Source of the DNA: Thermoplasmatales archaeon
GTDB lineage: Archaea; Thermoplasmatota; E2; DHVEG-1
NCBI GenBank assembly: GCA_030672305.1
Contig: DAOVGR010000047.1
Location: 17 to 64,016 of the forward strand
Reading direction: 5' to 3'
DNA: 64,000 nucleotides
Notes under the pieces: generated by a model
Seen by the model: only the letters and a program-made list of their open reading frames with translations
Databases searched by the model: none
Told to the model about the DNA's origin: nothing
Translations under genes and position numbers: made by a program
Shown: positions 57,138-64,000 of the stretch, piece after piece
How the letters are laid out: each line of letters begins with the position of its first letter
How positions within the stretch are numbered: position 1 is the stretch's first letter

Positions 57138-57641
57138 ATGATGCGAACAAAAGTTGTTAATGATTCTACTGATTTAGTTCCCCTTCTCAGAGCTTTTGAT
57201 ACAAATACAAAAAAAGAGGTTTTTAATGAACTCCTCATAGATTGGAAACCACTAAGTGACATAAAAGATAAGTATGGGGACGAGGGAGAAAACGCTCTTG
57301 ATTATTTCGATAAGATGAAACTAGTTGAAACCAAATGGACCACGCCAGACGAAGGAATAGATGGAAGACCACAAAAAAAGTACCGCTCTTATTACTCTGC
57401 ATTTAATATAAATATATCTTGCCCAGTTAATGAGATAAGTGAAATTTTTACTGTTGCTTCTTTAAATAAAGATGAGTTTAGAAATCTTGAAGATAAAATC
57501 TTTGCTTTTGTTGGGGAAGATGGAAAATTTGGAAATATGGTTGCAGAAAACTTTAAACTTTCAAACCTTGCTTTAAAAGGACTAGTAAAAAGATCAAATA
57601 AATTCTGCTATAAAGGTTTAAAACTTAGTAGAAAAGATTAA
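57138..57641 (+). CDS. Hypothetical protein (possibly winged-helix-like N-terminus)
   Basis: 167-aa ORF with plausible coding composition and no motif I can name. Confidence 0.4.
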   Translation: MMRTKVVNDSTDLVPLLRAFDTNTKKEVFNELLIDWKPLSDIKDKYGDEGENALDYFDKMKLVETKWTTPDEGIDGRPQKKYRSYYSAFNINISCPVNEISEIFTVASLNKDEFRNLEDKIFAFVGEDGKFGNMVAENFKLSNLALKGLVKRSNKFCYKGLKLSRKD

Positions 57642-57687
57642 TTTTTTCAAGCATCTTTTTAATTACATCTTCTATTCCTACTTCAGA

Positions 57688-58278
57688 ATGGATTATTTAA
57701 TAGTTATTCAGGCTCTTTGGCTTGTAATTCCTGCATATATTGCTAATGGAAGTGCACTTCTTGTTGGAGGTGGTACACCCATTGATTTTGGTAAGAAATG
57801 GAAGGATGGGCGAAGAATATTTGGTGATGGTAAAACATGGCGGGGGCTTATTAGTGGTGCTTTTCTAGGAATGACCGGGGGTTTTGCAATAACTATTGCT
57901 GCAATTTATATTGCTGATAGCGAATTTGCGTTTCTAGGTTTGAATGATTTTGGGCGATTTCCTTTAATGATTCCGATAATTTCTTCAATTTGTTTTGGTG
58001 CACTTTTTGGTGATATTCTTGAAAGTTTTTTTAAGAGAAGATTTGGAAAAAAACGTGGAGAAAATTGGATCCCTTTTGATCAACTTGATTTTATTTTAGG
58101 AGTCCTCCTTTTCAGTTTTGTTATCTCAAGTTTATTACAGATCATTGGAGTTACAGCCAATAATTGGTTTTTTGATAGTTTTTCATTATGGCATATATTA
58201 ACTTTACTTATTATCACACCATTTTTTCATCTATTAGCAAATTTTGTTCATAAAAAAGCAAGTGGTAAAAAAGCTTGA
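57688..58278 (+). CDS. carS: CDP-archaeol synthase (CarS, DUF46 family)
   Basis: LWLVIPAYIANGSALLVGGGTPIDFGKKWKDGRRIFGDGKTWRG with 5 TM helices, as is typical of CarS. Confidence 0.8.
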   Translation: MDYLIVIQALWLVIPAYIANGSALLVGGGTPIDFGKKWKDGRRIFGDGKTWRGLISGAFLGMTGGFAITIAAIYIADSEFAFLGLNDFGRFPLMIPIISSICFGALFGDILESFFKRRFGKKRGENWIPFDQLDFILGVLLFSFVISSLLQIIGVTANNWFFDSFSLWHILTLLIITPFFHLLANFVHKKASGKKA

Positions 58279-58328
58279 TAGATAAAATATATAAGCAATT
58301 TATTTAATTTTAAAATGAGGAAATAGAA

Positions 58329-58634
58329 ATGGCCGCTGACAATAATGCATCTATGAATGAAGAACTAAGAAAATGGTTAATAGAGTCAAAGGATGAAATC
58401 AAAACCTCAAAGGAAAAAAAGGGAAAATCAAAGAAACCTTCAGGTAAATGTCAAGTATGCGGAGAAAAAAATGCAACAGCAGTATGTTTGAAATGTAACC
58501 GTTCAGTTTGTAAATCATGCTATTTTAAATTAATTGGTATTTGTAAGAAATGTGTACCTAAAGAAATTGCAAGTAAATGGGATGGATCCAATCCTGATTG
58601 GGAAAAACAACTAGGTGTTGAATGGGTAGGTTAA
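58329..58634 (+). CDS. Cys-rich zinc-binding small protein
   Basis: CQVCGEKNATAVCLKCNRSVCKSCYFKLIGICKKCV contains eight Cys residues in CxxC-type spacing. Confidence 0.5.
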   Translation: MAADNNASMNEELRKWLIESKDEIKTSKEKKGKSKKPSGKCQVCGEKNATAVCLKCNRSVCKSCYFKLIGICKKCVPKEIASKWDGSNPDWEKQLGVEWVG

Positions 58635-60019
58635 CCTGCTTCTTTTTCTCTTTTCAATCTTTCTCCTTCTAAATATAGGGCCATCATTGATCGAGCTAGT
58701 CTCCATGATGATGGATATATTGGAACTCCAGCTGATTTAAGATCCCATACTAAGTCTTCAAACTCTTTTCCACCAATCCAAGTTGCAAGAATTGGTTTTT
58801 TATATTCCTCATGTAGTTTTCGTCCGCGTATCATTTTTAGTATAGCACCAGTAAATTCTACGGGTCTTGCATATCCACCATGTACGGATGCAACAATTAT
58901 TCCATCAATATTTGGGTCCTCAAGTAATGCGCGGGTTGATGCTTCATATCTATAGAAACCGGCATCTCCAGTAAGATCAACCGGGTTGTTTGGTTTTACA
59001 ATATCTGGAAGTATTTTATCAATTTTTTTGTAAGTTTTAAATGAGAGTTTTGGTACAACAAGACCATTTGCTTCACAAGCATCTGTTAAAAGAATCCCAA
59101 GGCCGCCTCCATTAGTTATTATTCCAATACGATTTCCTTGAGCAGGTGGTTGACCAGCAAGTGCTCGTGCCATATCAAATAACTCTACAATATCTCTGCA
59201 GCGAATTCCGCCTGCCTGTTTGATTGCTGCTTCATAGATTTTGTCGCTTCCTGCCATAGAACCAGTATGTGATGCTGTTGCTCTTGCACCAGCTATACTT
59301 TTTCCTGCTTTTACAACAAGCACTGGTTTTTTACATCTTTTTATACTGTTCATAAATTTTCTTCCATCTTTTACTGCTTCAATATATAAACCTACTACTT
59401 TTGTATCTGAATCCTGTGCAAAATAATCAATTAAATCGTCATCGTCAATATCTATTTTGTTTCCAACTCCAATTATTTTTGAAATTCCAACAAACTCATG
59501 ATTTGCTAAATGAATCATACCAATTCCAAGGGCACCGCTCTGACTTATTAGTGATAGATTTCCTTGTCTTGCTCGTCCATAAACAAAAGATGCATCAAGT
59601 CCGTCTGAAGCATTTTTATAACCCATTACATTAGGCCCAAGTACTCTCATATTAGATTTTTCAAGTATTGCTTTTAGTTCTTCTTCTAATTCATGGTTGC
59701 CTACTTCACTAAAACCTGATGAAATAATGATTACATTTTTCACCTTTTTTTGTTTGCAATCCCTAATTATTTGTGGTACAATTTTTGCTGGAACTGAAAC
59801 AAGAACAAGATCAATTTCTCCAGGGATCTGTGTTACTTTTTTGTAACATTTTACACCAAGGATTTCCTTTTCCTTTGGGTTGATTGGATAAATCTTGCAC
59901 TCATAATCAGATATAAGTAAATTTTTTAATGCTGCATGCCCAATTTTAGTAGTATTTCTAGATGCTCCAACAACACCTATAGTTTTTGGTTTGAAGAATG
60001 ATTCAAGCCTAGGTACCAT
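58631..60019 (-). CDS. ADP-forming acetyl-CoA synthetase alpha-type subunit (CoA-binding plus ligase-CoA domains)
   Basis: PKTIGVVGASRNTTKIGHA (CoA-binding), SQSGALG, and the phospho-His context ASHTGSMAG. Confidence 0.8.
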   Translation of the reverse strand: MVPRLESFFKPKTIGVVGASRNTTKIGHAALKNLLISDYECKIYPINPKEKEILGVKCYKKVTQIPGEIDLVLVSVPAKIVPQIIRDCKQKKVKNVIIISSGFSEVGNHELEEELKAILEKSNMRVLGPNVMGYKNASDGLDASFVYGRARQGNLSLISQSGALGIGMIHLANHEFVGISKIIGVGNKIDIDDDDLIDYFAQDSDTKVVGLYIEAVKDGRKFMNSIKRCKKPVLVVKAGKSIAGARATASHTGSMAGSDKIYEAAIKQAGGIRCRDIVELFDMARALAGQPPAQGNRIGIITNGGGLGILLTDACEANGLVVPKLSFKTYKKIDKILPDIVKPNNPVDLTGDAGFYRYEASTRALLEDPNIDGIIVASVHGGYARPVEFTGAILKMIRGRKLHEEYKKPILATWIGGKEFEDLVWDLKSAGVPIYPSSWRLARSMMALYLEGERLKREKEAG

Positions 60020-60088
60020 AATTTTTCCCTCAATGATCTAACATTTCTGACAATGAATTTATTTACTTAAACATAGTGAAAATAAATA

Positions 60089-60604
60089 TCACATGTATTG
60101 TTTCATAATTTTGATAACTTCGTTGCTATTTTTTGCTTTTCTATATTCCTCAAGTGGCTCTTTATTAAACTTCAAAAAGTGAGGACTCCATTTATACAAA
60201 TTTAAAATTTCTTTTGCGCGTTCTATTTCGTCAAGAATATATAGTACTGTTGCAAAAGCCTCGAGTGTCGACAGTTTAAAAGGTTTACCATAATTTACAG
60301 GATTTACTGGAATTACAAAAGGAAGTGCTCTTAAAAGATTTTTTTTATCTAAAAAATCAAAGCAACTCTCAGCATTTTTCCAAGAGCAATCTACTGCAAC
60401 AACCCCATTCTTTCTTGCGGTATCTAAATCCTCTTTTGAGATACTTTTTTCTGCAAATGGACTTAGTATAATTGCACCTTTAGGTATTTTTCTTATGTTT
60501 GTCTCAAGTTTTACAAAACCAAATCTATGTAATTTTCTTGCACTACATTTTTTCGGGTCGTCCTCGTTTGTATGATAAACAATTAGTTTGATTTGACTTT
60601 TCAT
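60089..60604 (-). CDS. tsr3: 16S rRNA aminocarboxypropyltransferase Tsr3 (DUF367)
   Basis: LIVYHTNEDDPKKCSARKL and AVDCSW motifs. Confidence 0.8.
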   Translation of the reverse strand: MKSQIKLIVYHTNEDDPKKCSARKLHRFGFVKLETNIRKIPKGAIILSPFAEKSISKEDLDTARKNGVVAVDCSWKNAESCFDFLDKKNLLRALPFVIPVNPVNYGKPFKLSTLEAFATVLYILDEIERAKEILNLYKWSPHFLKFNKEPLEEYRKAKNSNEVIKIMKQYM

Positions 60605-61446
60605 TTCTCACCTATTTTTATATCAAAAACATAGTGACTTATCCCAGGTGCATAGGATTTAACATAGATATACTTTAAAAGTTCAGCTTTGCAGCCCTTT
60701 TTTTTTGCTTCTTTTTCTACAATTTTCATAGGCTTATTAGGAATAGTATTATCTGAGAAGGTATTATGATAATGAATTATACCTATATGATTGTGTAAAC
60801 AATCAATAGCATTAGGTAGGAATTTTTCAGTTTCGTCAATATATCCCATTATAACTCGATCAGCAATATTTTTTGGTGCAATATCTCTATTGTCGCCCTT
60901 TCTTGGCTCCACAATTGAAGATACATCATTTAAAATGATATTTTCATTTAAATAATCAAAAGCAATTTGATTTTTTTCACACGCAAAAACCTTTTCTGGT
61001 TTACTGTAAATAGCAATTGGTAGTGTAAAATAACCAATCCCTGCAAAAAGATCAACAACAGTCTCATTTTTATTTGAAATTTTCGCCATACGTATTCTTT
61101 CATCCATATTTCCAGACGAAAACATTAATTTCTGGGGATCTAACCTATATTTTACTCCATTTTCTTTATGAATTGTCTCAGTATTTTTTAAACCATAGAT
61201 TATCTCAACATTAGGAACTCTGAATTCTCCCTTTATTCCACCAATATCTTTAAGCACTGTTTTACAGTTTAATACTTCTGCATATTTTTTTCCGATTGTA
61301 TTTTTATATTCATCAAGAATTGAAGGTAATACTATTGTTAGAACATCTCCAATTTTCTCCCATTTATCAGGTAAGTTGCTAACTAAATCTGAAGGAATTT
61401 CTTTTAATAGTGAATTTTTAATTTGGATAAATGGTTTTTCAGCCAT
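60601..61446 (-). CDS. Trm5/Taw2-family tRNA methyltransferase (Met-10+ like)
   Basis: FSSGNMDERIRMA and the SAM motif VVDLFAGIGYFTLPIA. The gene overlaps tsr3 by 4 nt. Confidence 0.8.
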   Translation of the reverse strand: MAEKPFIQIKNSLLKEIPSDLVSNLPDKWEKIGDVLTIVLPSILDEYKNTIGKKYAEVLNCKTVLKDIGGIKGEFRVPNVEIIYGLKNTETIHKENGVKYRLDPQKLMFSSGNMDERIRMAKISNKNETVVDLFAGIGYFTLPIAIYSKPEKVFACEKNQIAFDYLNENIILNDVSSIVEPRKGDNRDIAPKNIADRVIMGYIDETEKFLPNAIDCLHNHIGIIHYHNTFSDNTIPNKPMKIVEKEAKKKGCKAELLKYIYVKSYAPGISHYVFDIKIGEK

Positions 61447-61496
61447 TTTAAGGTGTTGAATATATTTTACCTATAAAATTCCATGCACTTTTAATA

Positions 61497-61510
61497 GGGG
61501 ATTTCCAAAT
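61497..61510. repeat. Left terminal inverted repeat of the IS
   Basis: GGGGATTTCCAAAT. Confidence 0.8.
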
Positions 61511-61610
61511 CAGTGCTCATCTTTTAAATGATTTTCGTCCAATCACTAAAATAGGGTAAAAATATTTTTCCCTCTTCCCCAGAGATGTTCTGGGGAGGAC
61601 GGAAAAAAAC

Positions 61611-62861
61611 ATGTGGGAATTGGATGTGGATGCACACATAAAAAACTATTGGAAAAAAATAGATGAAGCCGGAGCATCTCTTTTTGAGGAAAAGTTCAAA
61701 CAACGAGAATATGAAAGATTTGGTGGCAGTCGAACAGCGTTTTACAACCCTGATGATGACCATCCGATGAGACTAGCGTTATTTCTTAGTTTCATGGATG
61801 TAACACCTTTGGAAGAAGTGATGAAACTGTTTTATAATCGTCTTAAAAGTGTGAAGTATCTTGGTTCAATGGGGCGGACGCTTATTTTCATGAAATTGAA
61901 ACATTTTACTCCTGGTCAAACAGCAAATTATCTTAGGACTCATCCTTGTGATGCTGAACTTTTAGGATATGAGCAGAAACCGGATGGTTCATTTGAAATA
62001 CCTTGCGGGGAGACCATTAGACTGAACCTGAAAAACCGGTTTGGTGTTGAGGGTGTTAAAAAGATTGACCATGCGATAGTTGTCGCGATTAGAGGGTCAA
62101 CTGAAACACTGAGTGTTGATCTTGGTGAGTGTTGTGGGAGTGATGCATTTCCTGTGAGATCTGTGAGTTCAGATAAGACTGCTGAGTATAATGGGCATTA
62201 TAAGGTAAATGGGTATAAGGTTGCAACAACCGAATCATACAATTCTGAAACGGGTATTGTCCCATTGGTTGGTGATGTTATTGGCATTAATGAGGATGAG
62301 GGGAAAACACTCATCCCTCATATGAAACATTTGAAGAACATTGGTATTCAGGTGAAAGATCATTTTGTTGATGGAAAGTATGCAACATTGTCCAATATAG
62401 CTCAGGTAGAAGTAGTTCATGGGGCGTCGCTTCATTATAATATTGTAAAAAACTGGGCATATAATAATGATGCGACATCATTTGATATTAAGGTTGAATA
62501 TCAGAAATTCCACAATGAGTCTGATTTCAGAGTATCTGCTTCTGAGGGTTTCATGATGAGATATTTGGTTAAGAAGGGATGTTATGAACCTGTTGGACAT
62601 ATGATGAGAAATATGCATATCGCAGCGAAAGAGGAATGCCCTGATGGGTATCTTGATCATTTTCATCAGCGAAATATGACTGAATCAGAAAATGATTACA
62701 TTAAGAATGATACGGGTCTACAACAGGGTATTAAAAGGAAGGGAAAAGAAACAGTTGCATTAGAATTTCATCTTACTCTTCTTGCTTTACATGTTCTTGC
62801 ATTGGTCAGATTGCAGAATGGCTGTAAGAAACATCTTGTCTCCAAGAGAGGTTTAACATAA
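61611..62861 (+). CDS. DDE transposase (IS4/IS5-superfamily-like)
   Basis: The C-terminal HFHQRNMTESENDYIKND fits the IS4-type (Y)-x2-R-x3-E-x6-K signature, with F in place of Y. The ORF is flanked by the 14-bp inverted repeats. Confidence 0.7.
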   Translation: MWELDVDAHIKNYWKKIDEAGASLFEEKFKQREYERFGGSRTAFYNPDDDHPMRLALFLSFMDVTPLEEVMKLFYNRLKSVKYLGSMGRTLIFMKLKHFTPGQTANYLRTHPCDAELLGYEQKPDGSFEIPCGETIRLNLKNRFGVEGVKKIDHAIVVAIRGSTETLSVDLGECCGSDAFPVRSVSSDKTAEYNGHYKVNGYKVATTESYNSETGIVPLVGDVIGINEDEGKTLIPHMKHLKNIGIQVKDHFVDGKYATLSNIAQVEVVHGASLHYNIVKNWAYNNDATSFDIKVEYQKFHNESDFRVSASEGFMMRYLVKKGCYEPVGHMMRNMHIAAKEECPDGYLDHFHQRNMTESENDYIKNDTGLQQGIKRKGKETVALEFHLTLLALHVLALVRLQNGCKKHLVSKRGLT

Positions 62862-63004
62862 CGTTTTAACCGGTGATGCACTAGAAACGAAGCGTGATCA
62901 CCGGGAATGGTGAAAATCATGTATAAGATGAATATTGGAGGAATAAATGATGTTGTAAATAATATTGTTTTCAAAAAATGAAGTTCCAAATGAGTTTTGG
63001 CTTC

Positions 63005-63018
63005 ATTTGGAAATCCCC
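63005..63018. repeat. Right terminal inverted repeat of the IS
   Basis: ATTTGGAAATCCCC. Confidence 0.8.
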
Positions 63019-63083
63019 ATATATTTTTATGTAAATTTACAAAAACTTAAATCAAAGTAGCATATACTTATTCAACTAATTAT

Positions 63084-63569
63084 ATGGGGGAAATAAAAAT
63101 GAGCCTTGACTTTAATGCAGATGAAGTTTTTGAAATTGCAGAACAAATTGAACGCAATGGTATAAAATTTTATCGAATAGCAGCAGAAAATATAACTGAT
63201 TCAAATAAAAAACAGCTTTTAATTGATCTAGCAGAAATGGAAGTGGAACATGAGAAAACATTTAAAAATCTAAGATATGAGCTCTCACAAGATGAAAAAA
63301 TTGTTACTACATTTGATCCAAATGGTGAGGCAGAAAGTTATCTACGAGCACTTGCAGATACCAGAGTATTTTATGAAAAAGAGATTGATACTTCATCATT
63401 TAAAGAAATATTAACAACTGCAATTAGTGCTGAAAAGGATTCCATTGTTTTTTATTTAGGAATGAAAGATGTTGTTCCAGGTCATCTTGGAAAAGAAAAA
63501 CTAGATGAAATTATCAAGGAAGAAATGTCACATATCAAACTTCTTAGTAAAGAATTAATTGAGCTTTAA
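63084..63569 (+). CDS. Rubrerythrin/ferritin-like four-helix-bundle protein
   Basis: Two E-x-x-H pairs (EMEVEHEKTF and EEMSHIKLL) plus AEKDSIVFY. Confidence 0.65.
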   Translation: MGEIKMSLDFNADEVFEIAEQIERNGIKFYRIAAENITDSNKKQLLIDLAEMEVEHEKTFKNLRYELSQDEKIVTTFDPNGEAESYLRALADTRVFYEKEIDTSSFKEILTTAISAEKDSIVFYLGMKDVVPGHLGKEKLDEIIKEEMSHIKLLSKELIEL

Positions 63570-63593
63570 AAATAAATAAAAAATTGAAAAAAA

Positions 63594-63806
63594 CTATGTG
63601 TTATACTTTATTTTCCGCCTAGGGTTCTTTCGATCTTTTTCTTTAATTTCTTCAAGTTCCATTGTAAGTTCAGCAATTTTTTTAACCGCCAATTTAAAAT
63701 CTTCATCTTTATACATTTCGTAATAGGTTTTCCCAGTATTTTTCTCACTTGTATCCCACAATAATTTATCAATCTTTTTTTGCACAGAGTTATAATCTTT
63801 TTTCAT
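63594..63806 (-). CDS. Small hypothetical protein (charged, helical)
   Basis: 70-aa ORF with no recognisable motif. Confidence 0.35.
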   Translation of the reverse strand: MKKDYNSVQKKIDKLLWDTSEKNTGKTYYEMYKDEDFKLAVKKIAELTMELEEIKEKDRKNPRRKIKYNT

Positions 63807-64000
63807 TTTTTTTCATCTCTCATCCTAGTTTTGCTATTATATAGCACGTTACTGTCTGACACTAATGATATATAAAGCTAATGTGTTGAAATGTCAAAAT
63901 GAAAAAATATGGGTTTTAAACCCATAGGTGTTTTAATAAGATTTGTATTTTTTATTTATTATCAGGAAATCTTTCTACTGTTGCCTTAGTTGTTTCCTTT

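Larger units (their letters stand above)
61497..63018 (+). mobile_element. Insertion sequence, 1522 bp, with perfect 14-bp terminal inverted repeats and one DDE transposase gene
   Basis: GGGGATTTCCAAAT at 61497-61510 is the exact reverse complement of ATTTGGAAATCCCC at 63005-63018. The repeats bracket the single ORF 61611-62861. The flanking ATA on both sides is a possible 3-bp duplication, but this is not significant in AT-rich DNA. Confidence 0.8.

Noticed and set aside
61524-61763. Listed 79-aa ORF on the - strand inside the left end of the IS.
   Set aside because: It overlaps the transposase 5' region antisense and has low-complexity composition, so it is likely spurious.
195-62989. Many short listed ORFs nested in or antisense to long conserved genes. 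Examples: 195-419, 1033-1601, 4052-4282, 8693-8983, 9794-10018, 10578-10832, 11192-11569, 16382-17029, 22612-23260, 26650-27160, 31101-31504, 35442-35660, 36644-36998, 40001-40432, 40535-41024, 46525-46873, 55428-55975, 56569-56937, 59241-59634, 62235-62989.
   Set aside because: Each overlaps a longer ORF that has clear family motifs on the other strand or in another frame. Their translations are low-complexity, which is typical of AT-rich shadow ORFs.
63909-63925. Palindrome ATGGGTTT-T-AAACCCAT near the window end.
   Set aside because: It is an isolated 8-bp palindrome with no adjacent gene context inside the window, so it cannot be interpreted.
1-64000. CRISPR arrays, rRNA genes, additional tRNAs, inteins, and in-frame stop recoding.
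   Set aside because: By eye I saw no regularly spaced direct repeats. The only GC-rich islands of RNA-gene type are the two tRNAs and the 65-nt hairpin. The large enzymes (PpsA, TopA, AglB core) have normal lengths with no intein-like inserts. Apart from the two homopolymer frameshifts, no conserved gene needs stop-codon read-through.

Overview
Visibly AT-rich archaeal chromosomal segment with about 70 protein genes and 2 tRNAs; I saw no rRNA genes or CRISPR arrays. The archaeal assignment rests on Alba, Cbf5, split GMP synthase, AglB, GGGP synthase, CDP-archaeol synthase, NucS, Pth2, archaeal-type adenylate and cytidylate kinases, and TATA-box promoters. Most of the window is housekeeping: PEP synthase, PdaD, NAD kinase, two geranylgeranyl-reductase paralogs with a ferredoxin, Prs, PyrC, PurE, GuaA subunits, TopA, the uL15-SecY-Adk-DUF106-Cmk-Cbf5 string, Tsr3 and Trm5/Taw2. 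Ether-lipid genes are scattered across it (GGGPS-UbiX, a UbiA prenyltransferase, CarS). There is a clear extracellular degradative and cell-surface component: a PKD protein, a caspase-fold peptidase, a gingipain-like C25 peptidase with tandem Ig-like modules, a BNR/CARDB protein, a very long AglB, and a candidate S-layer glycoprotein. Together with a heliorhodopsin gene, this content suggests an uncultured sediment archaeon (Thermoplasmata/MBG-D-like), but that cannot be established without a database search. The strongest candidate for something undescribed is at 1.7-5.3 kb. It is a two-gene mobile module: a double-HTH protein followed by one ~925-aa ORF that fuses a Cas4/RecB-like four-Cys nuclease and an RNase H-like domain (TM0106-type architecture) to a complete IS66-family DDE transposase. 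Other notable items:
- a heliorhodopsin gene broken by one extra base in a C4 run
- an ATP-cone gene broken in a homopolymer
- a tandem pair of unknown paralogs, one with a C-terminal winged helix
- a 65-nt GC-rich hairpin in a convergent intergenic region
- a 1.5-kb IS with perfect 14-bp terminal inverted repeats
- small zinc-ribbon ORFs missing from the ORF track

All homology calls come from motif recognition by eye, not from searches.
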